Assembly: GCA_002269645.1 (NCBI GenBank) | Contig: NIVC01001722.1 | Coordinates: 98,072-162,071 of the forward strand | Length of the DNA: 64,000 nt | From: Macrostomum lignano | Lineage: Eukaryota | Reading direction: 5' to 3' | Shown here: positions 11,542 through 23,942 of the stretch, piece by piece | Layout: every line of letters starts with the position of its first letter | Position numbering within the stretch: position 1 is the stretch's first letter | Notes under the pieces: generated by a model | The model's input: only the letters and a program-made list of their open reading frames with translations | The model's database searches: none | Told to the model about the DNA's origin: nothing | Program-made: the position numbers and the translations under genes

Positions 11542-12586
11542 TCAATCTTGAGTAGGATTTTGAGTGATGTAATCTAAGAAACTCGGATGCATATTGCCAT
11601 CGAAACGCTTGCCGAACATTCCCCCGTTGAACCGCTTGCCGAACATTCCACCGTTGAACCGCTTGCCGAACATTCCACCGTTGAACCGCTTGCCGAACAT
11701 TCCTCCGTTGAACCGCTTGCCGAACATTACCCCGTTGAACCGCTTGCCGAACATTCCACCGTTGAACCGCTTGCCGAACATTCCACCGTTGAACCGCTTG
11801 CCGAACATTCCACCGTTGAACCGCTTGCCGAACATTCCCCGTTGAACCGCTTGCCGAACATTCCACCGTTGAACCGCTTGCCGAACATTCCACCGTTGAA
11901 CCGCTTGCCGAACATTCCTCCGTTGAACCGCTTGCCGAACATTACCCCGTTGAACCGCTTGCCGAACATTCCTCCGTTGAACCGCTTGCCGAACATTCCA
12001 CCGTTGAACCGCTTGCCGAACATTCCACCGTTGAACCGCTTGCCGAACATTCCCCGTTGAACCGCTTGCCGAACATTCCACCGTTGAACCGCTTGCCGAA
12101 CATTCCACCGTTGAACCGCTTGCCGAACATTCCACCGTTGAACCGCTTGCCGAACATTCCACCGTTGAACCGCTTGCCGAACATTCCCCCGTTGAACCGC
12201 TTGCCGAACATTCCACCGTTGAACCGCTTGCCGAACATTCCTCCGTTGAACCGCTTGCCGAACATTCCCCCGTTGAACCGCTTGCCGAACATTCCTCCGT
12301 TGAACCGCTTGCCGAACATTCCACCGTTGAACCGCTTGCCGAACATTCCACCGTTGAACCGCTTGCCGAACATTCCCCCGTTGAACCGCTTGCCGAACAT
12401 TCCTCCGTTGAACCGCTTGCCGAACATTCCTCCGTTAAATTTCTTAACTTGGTTTGCAGCCAACGCCTGCTGTGTCGCATGCTCAGCGTTGTGAGGAATC
12501 ACTTCAGTGTCCGCTAGCGAACAGAATGGAATGGATGCCAAAATGGCAGCTACAGCACCCAGAACAAGTATATGTCGACTAGCCAT
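11542..12586 (-). CDS. Neuropeptide prohormone: signal peptide plus 31 x FNG(G/V)MF-G-KR cassettes; two 1-nt deletions in C-runs (~12050, ~11835) break the frame in this assembly (348 aa if corrected)
   Basis: MASRHILVLGAVAAILASIPFCSLA signal, KK before the first unit, 27-bp units each ending in Gly-Lys-Arg, and a unique C-terminus FDGNMHPSFLDYITQNPTQD*. TATA box upstream and AATAAA downstream. Confidence 0.9.
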
Positions 12587-12672
12587 GTTTAATCGCGACA
12601 GATCGTCTGCAGTCTATGCAGTCTAAGCCTCTCAATTTGTTGACCATGCTAAGAGCACCAGCTACACTGCAT

Positions 12673-12679
12673 ATTTATA
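12673..12679 (-). promoter_or_regulatory. TATA box of the neuropeptide gene
   Basis: TATAAAT on the minus strand ~87 bp upstream of the ATG. Confidence 0.6.
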
Positions 12680-13159
12680 CGAAAGAGGAATTCAAACCAT
12701 CTCCTGTCCCACGAGGCATGATTGGTCGAGCTCCTGCTCAGAATTCTAGTCATTGAGAGCTTATTCGTTACAAGTTACAACCGCTCCGAAATCAGAGTCA
12801 GTTATTACTGCCCAAGTTTTCAGTTGTTGCATGCAATGCGCAGGAAAAAATGAATAAATTTTAAAGCAGGCAAAACGCGATTCTGTCTCAAATATATGCA
12901 ATTTAGATTAGCACACAGAATTTATACAACCATTTTTCTCTCAACTATCGTACGAGTACTTCAACTTTCCTTCCCTGGTGAACGCAACCTAGAAATGGCC
13001 AAGATCCATATTTGGGACTCGATGATGATGGAAGCGCACGGGAGGAATCGCGCCAGCTTCCTGTCCTGGGGGGACTGCTGAATTGGTGAAAATTAACTTT
13101 CGACACGCAGAGTCTCCAAGATGATAGTCTAAAAAAGTTTGTTAGTTTTTAAAACAACC

Positions 13160-13494
13160 CAGGGGTGTCACCATGCATTTTATGGTAGGGGGGAGCCAAG
13201 AATTCTACGTGAATAAATTTCTACAGTATTTTGGGAATCTGCATGGGTTCTAGCTAGCACTCATTTTGGCGCCGCAGACACTGGCGCCACAGGCCTCATT
13301 TTTTGCACCTCAAGCACTCATTTTTTCACAGTTTTGGCGCTGAGACACTCGTTTTAGCGCTGGAGGCGTTATATTTTGGCGCTCCGAAACAAAATTTGTG
13401 ACAAATTTGGGGGTGACAAAGTAATGGTATGTCCCCACATAGCTTTTACTAGGGGGGGGGGGGGGACATGTATCCGCCGGTGGCGACGCCCCTG
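13160..13494. mobile_element. hAT-like MITE, ~335 bp
   Basis: TIRs caggggtgtcacc / ggcgacgcccctg; imperfect 8-bp TSD aaacaacc / caccaacc. Confidence 0.65.
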
Positions 13495-13597
13495 CACCAA
13501 CCTATAGCTCGTAAATTCTACAGATGTACAAGCATAGCTCACGGACAACCGAACTAATTTGCGCGAGCATAGGCCACGCCGCTGACAGAATCCGGGG

Positions 13598-16154
13598 CCC
13601 AGTGAAAAATGATTCATGGATTCCACGTGGGTTCCACGTGGCCATGTGGAATTTAAATGTTTCTTTAATTTTTGCAAATTAATGACTTAAAGATGACATA
13701 ATGGTATGCAAAGTATTTTTTATGCATTATTTTTTTATTTTTACTGTCCTAATGTTGATGTGGATTTTACAAGGAATTCATGAGAAATAAGCGTATATTG
13801 ATTCAACATGGAATCCACTTCGATAAAAAACTGTGATACACCTTATTTAGACGTTTTTATGAAATTACTAAAATTAATTATTATATTTATATGCTTTTAA
13901 GTAAAAATTATTATCTAAAAGCTAAATTATAATCAGAAAATAAGACACTGTTTGTTAAAATAGACAAAATAGAAGTTAACAATAAAAAACGTTTCGTACG
14001 TTTTAAAATTAAATTAATTTTATTTTATATTCGTCAATGTCTTGGTCCAAGGCCTTGAAAGATAAAGTGCCTTGTTTATGGCTATTTAAGCACCTTAAAA
14101 ATTTTAGTAGACCTAGCCTATAGGCAATAACTTACGAGTATAAGGCCATGGCCTCCATGGGATTAGAAATTAGATAAATCAGTATTTTATCATAGATAGG
14201 CCTAATACTTTTGGTAAAATCCATGATAAATTTATTTAGGCCTAGGCCCTATCCAATTTCTAGGAATCCCATGGCCATGTCCATAGATTGGCTACTCATT
14301 TTTTAACTTAAATAGGCCTTTAGAAGTTCATAATTTCCTCTTAGTCCTACCTATCTATTTATATGTATGCTTATTAGGCCTATTTTAAGCTAGGCCTATA
14401 ACTATCAATTTAGGTCCTTCTATTTTAATTAAGGTTGGGAGTTGGGACTAGCTTGACTTTGTGAATTGTGACTAGTCAATCTAGTTAATCTGTTAAAAAT
14501 CTATTAATTTATGATTTTCTTCAAAAAAGCCTATTAGCATCTTTTGGACTTGTTGCATTTTTAAAAACAGTATTATTAATTATAATAAATAATTCTGCAT
14601 TTACACTTGCAACTTGCTTTTGGCATAGCTAGCCTAGCAGATCCCTAAGGTTGCTATTATAAATAAATAATGATTATTGTAAATTTGATCTGATTTAGGC
14701 CAAGTCCAGAATTTAATAGGGGGCCTAGCCATAGGCATAGGGCATAGCTATTTAGGCTTAGGCCTAATGTTAAATCATACTAGGCCAGCAAATATAAAAA
14801 AACGTGCATTGCTTTGCCTAAATACTTTATAGTTTAAAATCAATTTTAAAATAAAAAATTAAATTTATAGAAACATATATTAATTATTTTTGTATTTATT
14901 ATTTTATTGGTTTATTGATTGACTTAGGTAGGGTTTTCTTTTTTGCTAGAGACAAAGTGCAAAATTATATCCTATGCTCACTTTCAGGGTTTTATGATTT
15001 TAAGGCTTAGAATGCAATTTCTCTTTTTTCTTATATAAAGGCAGTGCAAATAAGGCTTCAACAGAAAAATAGGTAATGAAATCGCACCTAAACTGTATCC
15101 ACTTTTTAATTTCAATTTTCAAGGTGCAATTTTAAAATTTAAGGCGCATATGCACACTTTGCGCTTAAAAAAATAAACCTAGAACTTAGGCCTAGTTAAT
15201 TTTAAAATAAACTTTATTAAGTATTCATCCTTAAATTAGTTTTATGAATTATATCAATATAATCTATCAATCTTAATTGGCAACAATTATTTTTCTATTT
15301 CATTTCAGCCTAACATTACATGGCCCATCCTCAAACTTGGATGTCACCTTGGTCTTTCCTTTGAAGAAGCATGCAAAGCTACTTGGAATTTGAATATAAT
15401 ATCTAGAATGCTACCTTTTGTGAAGCAATGGTAAGTTTTAGTTATAAACTGATTTTTTTCTGTTATCAAAATCTGTTATAAGATCAAAATCTATCAAAAT
15501 CTATTACAAAATCTATCATCAATCTGTTATAAAATTCTGTAATTTAACCCCTTTCTTTTCTAAGGTTTCTCACCTGACCTGAAGAAGCAGCATTCTGGCA
15601 ATTGGCAGCAGCATGTTTCTGACTGTTCTAATTCTGGTGCATTATATTATTGTTAATTAATTAATGCTATTGACAATGTCAATTTCAAATTATATATTAT
15701 ATCATATGCGCAGCGCAACTTTAAAGATATCAATATCTATATCAGTGTGTTTATTCTTTGTGTGCCAGTGACTCACTACTGTATATAAATACACCTTACT
15801 TATTGAGACATCCTTTTTGAATATATTTTTGTGCAGAAATATTTTTTCGCTATAGCTAGTGTTTTTATCTGTGTTTCAGTTTCTTTTATATGGTATTGAG
15901 ATCTGGGGTTCATATGAAGTTTTGAGATCTGATATTATTTTGAGATTTAGGATGCAACAATTTATTATGGCAACCAGTATAATGGCTGTTTACTCAATGA
16001 CAATGTGGATTCTATGTGAAATACATAATTACTTCCATGTGGATCTTCCATGTGGAATCCATATCTCAATTCCACATGGATGGACGGAGACAAATGCACA
16101 TATGGATTTCATATGAAAAATCCACATGGAATCCATATACTTTTTTTCACTGGG
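13598..16154. mobile_element. CMC/EnSpm-like non-autonomous DNA element, ~2.56 kb
   Basis: TIR CCCAGTGAAAAA / TTTTTCACTGGG, flanked by ggg on both sides (2-3 bp TSD). Subterminal ccacgtgg/ccatgtgg/ccacatgg repeats at both ends. AT-rich, CpG-eroded interior. Confidence 0.7.
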
Positions 16155-16697
16155 GGGCTGCAGACAGTGCATGCTTGCAGCATCAGTAGCAGCACCCGCA
16201 CCGGCTGTGAGCAGTCGTATACAACTCGGCGCGGATGATGTGGCCTGCCAGCTGGAGTTGCCAAAGGCGCAACAGGTTGCTTAGACTGACCAGACTGCCT
16301 TGAAATTGTGGCCTATGGCAAGCCATGATGAGACAAATTGAGTACTCCAGCTCATTTAACTTCTCCTCCGCTGGGAGTTCCGATTTTTTAATTACATTAT
16401 CTTAAAACATTGCACACCAATTTCCCCCGACTTGAACACGAGTAAACGAGCGTTTAAAAGTCGCAAAGCACAATATTTAGAGTAGAAACGAGTAGTTAAC
16501 GATAAGGATTGGTAAAATAAAAGCTTATCAAGATATTTATTGATTTTTAAATACATTCAATAGTTAAACGCTCTAAGTTTCAGATTAATGGAGAAATGTT
16601 CAATATTCAAAATTTATGATTCAATAAAACGAAAACGTTATGTTATGTAAAGAAATTTTTTTACAAATTTTCTACACACTACTGTTGTTTAACCAAG

Positions 16698-17703
16698 TCA
16701 GTAGTAAGGAACGGTGTTTGGCACCACAACAACCGGCACACTGCTGTGGTGCACCACGTAGGCTGACACGCTGCCCAGCACCGTGCGCCGCACAGTGCCG
16801 AGTCCACGGCTACCCATCACTAGGAGGTCCGCGCCTCGATCCTCGGCCAGCTTAACAATGGCCGGGCCGGGACCGCCGCAGTATTCGCACAGCCAGCGAG
16901 CGTCGGTCAGGTTGTACGGCAGGCACCAGTCGGATGTCACTTTGCGCTCCAGCTGGCGCGCTGAGGCCACTATTGAATGCCAGACCTGAGTGTGTCAGAT
17001 GTGCGATTGGCATGCGCGCTTTTGGTGGACTGCGTGTGCTTATAGGCTCACCAAGGATGAGGTGCTGTTGCAGATGACCATGTGAACCAGCGGCCCTACT
17101 ATGACCCCTATAACCCGAAGACCCATGGATCTGAAGACTCAATAACCCTATGACCCTGTGATCTGACCACCCTGTGACCCAGCGGCCCAATGACCCTGTG
17201 ATCTGACCACCCTGTGACCCAGCGGCCCAATGACCCTGTGAACCAGTGGCCTAATGACCTAAGACCCAATGATCCTGTGATCTATGACCCTGTAACCCCT
17301 GAACCCCATTACCCTGTGACCCTATGACTGATCTAATTACCAGCTGTGACCCAACCCAATGCCCTATGACCTAACGGCTGTAACCTAGTATTTGGCCTAC
17401 TAGCCACTAGCCAGCACTCATCGATTAAATATATCATATCATATCATATCAATACTCATAGATCGACCTGTCCCTCTCCCCACTCACCTGACTTGGGTCA
17501 CTCCACAAGCCCGAAGGTGGCGCTTCGACGTGCAGAAAAGTCACGTGATCGCCCCGTCGATACAGCCGCCGCATAAAGTAGTCGAACGCCCGCTTAGATT
17601 GCTCGCCGCCGTCCACAGCGATGGCGACAACTCGAGATGAGCTGTTGTCGAATTTCTGTTTCTCGCTAACAGCTGTGATTTGCTGTTGCTGCTCGGGCTC
17701 CAT
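16698..17703 (-). CDS. Universal stress protein (USP-domain); exons 17703-17488 and 16985-16698 (167 aa)
   Basis: [23 protein letters not shown] and [38 protein letters not shown]. The cag|gtgagt to cag|gtc intron is phase 0. Confidence 0.93.
17095..17390. repeat. Degenerate intronic repeat (tgaccctgtga-based) in the USP intron
   Basis: Recurrent accctgtgacc / tgatctgacc motifs. Confidence 0.7.
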
Positions 17704-18576
17704 GTTCTCGGGTGCTTTGGAACTTAACTATTTTGTTATTGCAGTCAACTCTGGTTAGATTGTTTGTCACACCAACCAAGGGCCAGCCAGACAGAACTGG
17801 CCTGCGCTTCTCTATTTAGTTGATTCTAGGGCGTGCATCTTGCTCTGTCTCGTGCGTGGGGTGCCGGTTTTCTTATCTCTCTGCCGACGCCTGCCCTTGC
17901 TAAGTGCGCTTAGAATGTACATTGTCCCGGGCAGTGTACATTCTTTTATTATTAGACTTCGACTTTTGCCCCCAACCCCATTTTTATCGGTTTGGCTGGA
18001 CGGAAGACAGACCTAGATTAAGGAATAGTTTTTTGCCTTTCTTTTATTAACTATTTGTACTTTTTGACTGAATATATCAATCATCTTTGATTCTTTAACG
18101 TTTGTTATATAATCACGCAATTTAAGCTGATTATACATTAACTTCCTTTGGTAAATATTAGGAATGCAAATGCAACAAGAGTAATATAAATAAACGAAGC
18201 ATAAAAACCGTGTTAAAACGCGTTCCTAATTTTGTTTTAACGCTTCGCTTAAAAATAAATCGCTTTTAAATTGTTCGGGGAACATTTAAAAGGTGTCTTT
18301 GTTTTACCTTTAAAAGTAGAAATACTTTATTTTGATGCATTTTATAGAATATTAACCACACATTCAATCGCAGTATCCTGAGGAACATAGTAATTGGCTA
18401 GTGCCATAAGAGATTAAAACACTGATTTTTAGTATTTAGGATTCTCAAGGAGGTAAATTACATGCACGAGACATGCTGAGCAAAGCTAATTGGTTAAACA
18501 GAAAGTGGCAGAGAGGAACAGAGCGGCTCAGATTGGTGCAGAATCTAATTTTCGTATTCTCAATGTGTCACTAGTC

Positions 18577-20676
18577 CTACATCAGTGTCGACTGGGTCGC
18601 TGCAAAGTGACTGTAGGCTGCGAATCCGGCAGCAGCAGCAGTGATGCAGCCGCCGCTGCCACCGACGCTGCCGTCGTTCCCGTTGACGCCGCCTTGATAG
18701 CCCGCAGCAGGGCCGCCGTAGCCGTAGCCGTAGCCGTAACCATAGCCGTAGCTATAACCGTAGCCTGCCTGCGCCTGGGTCCGATCCCAGCTGCCAAGCT
18801 GATGCTGCTGATGTTGCAGCGCCTGCTGCGGCTGCTGCTGCTGCTCCGCTGGCTGATAGAAACGAGGCAGCTGCTCCTCAGCCTTCGACTGCTCAGCAAC
18901 CGCGGCCTCGGCTTGAGCAGGCGAATCAATACCAACCGCCTTGGGCGCTGCCATCTGCCGCAGCGCCTTCTCCGTTCGTTTCCGCTCCACGATCAGCGCG
19001 CAGCCGTCGCATCTGCAGGCCAGGAACGGGCAGCGCCGCTTATGACCGCGCCACTCCACTGACAGGCCGTGGTTGCGGCACTTGCGGCAGTGCGCGGTCA
19101 GCGGCGAGGCTGCTGCTGCTGCTGCTGCTGACGACTCGGTCGCAGCATTGGGGTTCGGCGACGCCGAGGTCGGCGGCTGAAGGTCCGGCAGCGCGCCGCG
19201 CTGGTCCCTGTACATGGCAATCTGCCTGGCAACCACCCGGCGACTGCGATCGACCATTCGGCAGGCCTGGCAGCCGCAGGTCAGGTAGGGGCACAGCTTC
19301 TTGTGCCGCCGCACCGGGGCTTTGAGGCCGTGGGCTCGGCACTTGCGGCACAGGTAATCGGACCGAATGCTGCCTCCGCCGCTGCTGGCTGCGTGTTGGA
19401 TGGCCTCGGTCGAGCTGAAATGGGTCGAGTTGGAGATTCACTGCAGGTTGATACAGATGAAGATGCTGCAACGTTAGTTGTTTCTTTCAGTAACTTGTCT
19501 GTCCCGCAAACTCAATCTCACATTGATCCATAATCGCACCCTGAGATTCCCCACTTCACGCACCTACACCCCATCTCAATCCTTTAAGACTCCAAGTAAC
19601 ACGTCAAGCGATCCCCAATCCTAACCTAATAAGACATCCACAGCCTCACTCCAAGTCTCCAAGATATCTCAAAACTCAACTGAAGAGAACCGAACTCTCG
19701 CTCCAAGATCCAATACTGACGGTCCCAATCTCACCCAAGAGATCCTGATTTCAGCCAACAGATCCCATCTCACTCCAGCAGATCCCAATCTCACCCCAGC
19801 AGATCCCAATCTCACCCTAGCAGATCCAAATCTCACCCCAGCAGATCCCAATCTCACCCTAGCAGATCCCAATCTCACTCCAGCAGATCCCAATCTCACC
19901 CCAGCAGATCCCAATCTCACCCTAGCAGATCCAAATCTCACCCCAGCAGATCCCAATCTCAACCTAGCAGATCCCAATCTCACCCTAGCAGATCCCAATC
20001 TCACCCCAGCAGATCCCAATCTCACCCCAGCAGATCCCAATCTCACCCTAGCAGATCCAAATCTCACCCCAGCAGATCCCAATCTCACCCGGCAGAGCCC
20101 AATCTCACCCTAGCAGATCCCAATCTCACCCCAGCAGATCCCAATCTCACCCTAGCAGATCCCAATATCACCCCAGCAGATCCCATTCTCACCCCAGCAG
20201 ATCCCAATCTCACCCTAGCAGATCACAATCTCACCCAAAGAGGTCCACAATCTCACCGAAGCGATCCCGATCTCACTTCAAAAATTCCAATGACACACAA
20301 ATAGATCCCAATCTCACCCCAAAAGATCCCAATCTCACCCAACAGATCCCAATCTCACTGTAGAGGAGACCTATCACACTTGAAGATATCTTTAATCTCA
20401 TGCTTTTAGATCCCAATGTCACCTGAAGGGTTAAAAGATTCATTTTCTCATCTCTAAGAGCTGGAATCTCACCCACCTAAGACCCATATCTCAAAATCCA
20501 CTCGTGCATTAAATTACAATAAATGAAAAAAATAAATGTATAAAAGCCACTCACTGCACTTCATTTGGTGTTGATGGCGAAGCTTCAGACTTGACAGTGA
20601 ACAATTCCAAGCTGAACTGCTGCGGATGCTGGCACTGCTGATGCTGCTGATGCTGGAAGCTGGACTGTTGGTACAT
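18577..20676 (-). CDS. Double-DM-domain (Doublesex/MAB-3-related) transcription factor; exons 20676-20555 and 19414-18577 (319 aa)
   Basis: DM1 is CRKCRAHGLKAPVRRHKKLCPYLTCGCQACRMV..R and DM2 is CRKCRNHGLSVEWRGHKRRCPFLACRCDGCALIVER. The exon-1 donor ca|gtgagt and acceptor tttcag|c join in phase 2. Confidence 0.9.
19690..20480. repeat. 21-bp minisatellite (gatcccaatctcaccccagca) in the DM-gene intron
   Basis: Directly visible. Confidence 0.95.
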
Positions 20677-20899
20677 TTTCGTCTGTCTGTTGAAATTGAA
20701 ACAGTATCCAATATTGTTACTGTAATATCAAACTTATATATATATAGCTTTTTAAATTTATGATAGCATTTCGGAGGATTTTCTTTCCCTGTCCACAGTC
20801 GATTGGGTCCGGACGAATCCTATTGGTCGGCGCCCCACCCCAACCTCCGCCCGCTCCCGCTCGAACCAATCCATGGATCCATAGGGGGAGCGCACAATG

Positions 20900-23270
20900 G
20901 AAACATCCCAATCATCCCAATCTCACCTTGATAGAACCACAATCTCACCCCAAAATATCTAAAATCTAACCCTAAGAATCCACAATCTCGCTCCAAGAGA
21001 TCCACAATCACACCTTGATAGATCCACAATCTCTCTCCAAGAGATCTAAAATCTCACCTGAGAGATTCACAGTCTCAACCTAAGAAACCGCAATGTCACT
21101 CTTAAAAGATCCACAACCTCACCTTGAAAGATCCACAATCTCCTCTTGATAGATCCACAACCTCACCTTGAAAGATCCACAATCTCCTCTTGATAGATCC
21201 ACAACCTCACCTTGAAAGATCCACAATCTCCTCTTGATAAGATCCACAACCTCACCTGAAAAGATCCACAATCTCACTCAAAGAGATCCACAATCTCACC
21301 CAAAGAGATCCCCAATCTCACCCAAAGAGATCCACAATCTCATCCAAAAATGCCCACAATCTCACCCAAAGAGATCCACAATCTCACTCAAAGAGGTCCA
21401 TAAATTTCACCCAAAGAGATCTACAATCTCACTCCAAGAGATCCACAATCTCACCCAAAGAGATCCACAATCTCACCCAAAGAGATCCACAATCTCACCC
21501 AAAGAGATCCACAATCTCACTCAAAGAGATCCACAATCTCACCCAAAGAGATCCACAATCTCACTCCAAGAGATTCACAATCTCACCCAAAGAGATCCAC
21601 AATCTCACCCAAAGAGATCCACAATCTCACTCCAAGAGATCCACAATCTCACTCCAAGAGATCCACAATCTCACTCCAAGAGATTCACAATCTCACTCAA
21701 AGAGATCCACAATCTCATCCAAAAATGTCCACAATCTCACCCAAAGAAATCTACAATCTCACTCAAAGAGATCCACAATCTCACCCAAAGAGATCCACAG
21801 TCTCACCCAAAGAGATCCACAATCTCACTCAAAGAGATCCACAATCTCACCCAAAGAGATCCACAGTCTCACCCAGAAAGATGTAAAATCTCACTCCAAG
21901 AGATCCACAATCTCACTCCAAGAGATCCAAAATCTCACCCAAAGAGATCCACAATCTCACTCCAAGAGATCCACAATCTCACCCAAAGAGATCCACTGTC
22001 TCACTCCAAGAGATCAAAAATCTCACTCCAAGAGATCCACAATCTCACTCCAAGATATCCAAAATCTCACCCAAAGAGATCCACAATCTCACTCCAAGAG
22101 ATCCACAATCTCACTCCAAGATATCCAAAATCTCACCCAAAGAGATCCACAATCTCACTCCAAGAGATCCAAAATCTCACCCAAAGAGAACTACGACAAT
22201 TAACCGCCCCAGTTTAACCGCCCAAATTTTGCGGCTGACAATTTCACCGAAAAATCTACTTACTTATTTTGCCTGTAATTTTAATTTATATTACTTCACA
22301 TTTAAATACATTAGCTATACCTCTTGCAGCATGGTTCATTACAGTTTGCTGTAGCCCCTATACCACTTCAACATTGAAAACTTTACAGTCTATTTTTACT
22401 TTGTACAGTCTGTACTATTTGACTGTACTATTTGTAGAGTCTACAGTATAACTCTAAGGGATGGGATCTAAGGAATTTTTTACCAGAATATTTTCTGTTA
22501 AAACAGATCTTCCTCAAAAACCCTTCCTTAGAGTAATGTATAGTCAGTATGCATTTGTATAAACTATCTGGAAATTTCACCTCCTTAAAAAGTCTCAAAT
22601 AAGATAATAAGAGGTAGCATATTCACAGTTTTAAGAATAGCCACCCTTGCTGCAGAAAATAGGGTGATCAAATTGTTGGTCCCAAATATCCCGGTGAAAT
22701 TGTGGCGGTCAATTGTCGGTTCCCCCAAAGAGATCTACAATCTCACCCAAAGAGATCTACAATCTCACCCAAAGAGATCTACAATCTCACTCAAAGAGAT
22801 CCACAATCTCACCCAAAGAGATCCATAATCTCACCCAAAGAGATACACAATCTCAGCCAAAAATATCCACAATCTCACCCAAAAAGATCCACAATCTCAC
22901 CCAAAGAGATCCACAATCTCACCCAAAGAGATCCACAATCTCACCCAAAGAGATCTACAATCTCACCCAAAAAGATACACAATCTCACCCAAAGAGATCC
23001 ACAATCTCACCCAAAGAGCTCCACAATCTCACCCAAAGAGATCCACAATCTCAACCAAAGAGATCCACAATCTCACCCAAAGAGATCCACAATCTCAACC
23101 AAAGAGATCCACAATCTCACCCAAAGAGATCTACAATCTCACCCCAAGAGATCTAAAATCCCTCTGCAAGAGATCCACCATCTCAACTTGAAAGATCCCT
23201 AATCCCACCCGAAAAAGTTCCCAATCTCACTACGAGATGCCTCCTGTCTCACCTAAGAGACCTCCAATCT
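20900..23270. repeat. 22-bp minisatellite (gatccacaatctcacccaaaga), interrupted by a DNA element
   Basis: Directly visible; shares its core with the 21-bp array. Confidence 0.95.
22188..22722. mobile_element. MULE-like non-autonomous insertion, ~535 bp
   Basis: TIR gaac(ta)cgacaattaaccgc..acaatttcaccg / cggtgaaattgt..gcggtcaattgtcggttc. Putative 9-bp TSD acccaaaga/ccccaaaga, confounded by the repetitive target. Confidence 0.65.
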
Positions 23271-23816
23271 CACAGCAACTCCCGCTGGAATCAGTCTATG
23301 GATAGGAGGGCGGTGCGAAGTGAAACAATAGCGGCTATAGTCAAGTGCCCAGTCATACCCTGGCTTCCAGTCCGAGGGACCACTCCCTAGCACAAAAATA
23401 TTGGAGCTCCACCTCTCCTCAGTGCCCCATTCAATCTGTGCGTTGCGAGAGCCGCCCCAAAATTTGAATAGAGTATCAATCCTGAGGGTGCTGATTGTTA
23501 ATTGCCGGTGCGCATACGCCTAACCAAGTGTCCCGCCTCCGCACCTGTGTCTCATTCTGGTCCTCAGCTCCACCCACCTCTTCAGCTCGGAGCTCCGCCT
23601 GTGCCGCCTCCGCCTTTGGCCGCTGCGCGTTGTTCAGCCCTTCAGGCGGTCTCACGCGAGCCGTGTCCCCCCGCCCTGCCCCCAATTTTCCCTGCCTCTC
23701 TCGGGTGCTTTCTAAATATCGTTTGCAAAATCTTGCTTTTCTCATGACCATTTTAATCCATATCTGCCGTTCTATGCGCTCATTTTCTATGTTTAAAATC
23801 AGATGTCTGCTTATTG

Positions 23817-23942
23817 TCCTCTTCCCCTCTTCCCCTCTTCCCCTCTTCCCCTCTTCCCCTCTTCCCCTCTTCCCCTCTTCCCCTCTTCCCCTCTTCCCCT
23901 CTTCCCCTCCGCCCTCTTCCCCTCTTCCCCTCTTCCCCTCTT
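23817..23942. repeat. (CCCCTCTT)n 8-bp repeat
   Basis: Directly visible. Confidence 0.95.

Noticed and set aside
11587-12494. Plus-strand LNRLPNIPP / PLAEHSTVE repeat ORFs
   Set aside because: Antisense shadows of the neuropeptide repeat; only the minus frame has a signal peptide and GKR sites.
21234-23202. HNLTQRDPQSHPKRSTIS-repeat ORFs
   Set aside because: The 22-bp unit cycles through all frames; no signal peptide, processing sites or synonymous bias.
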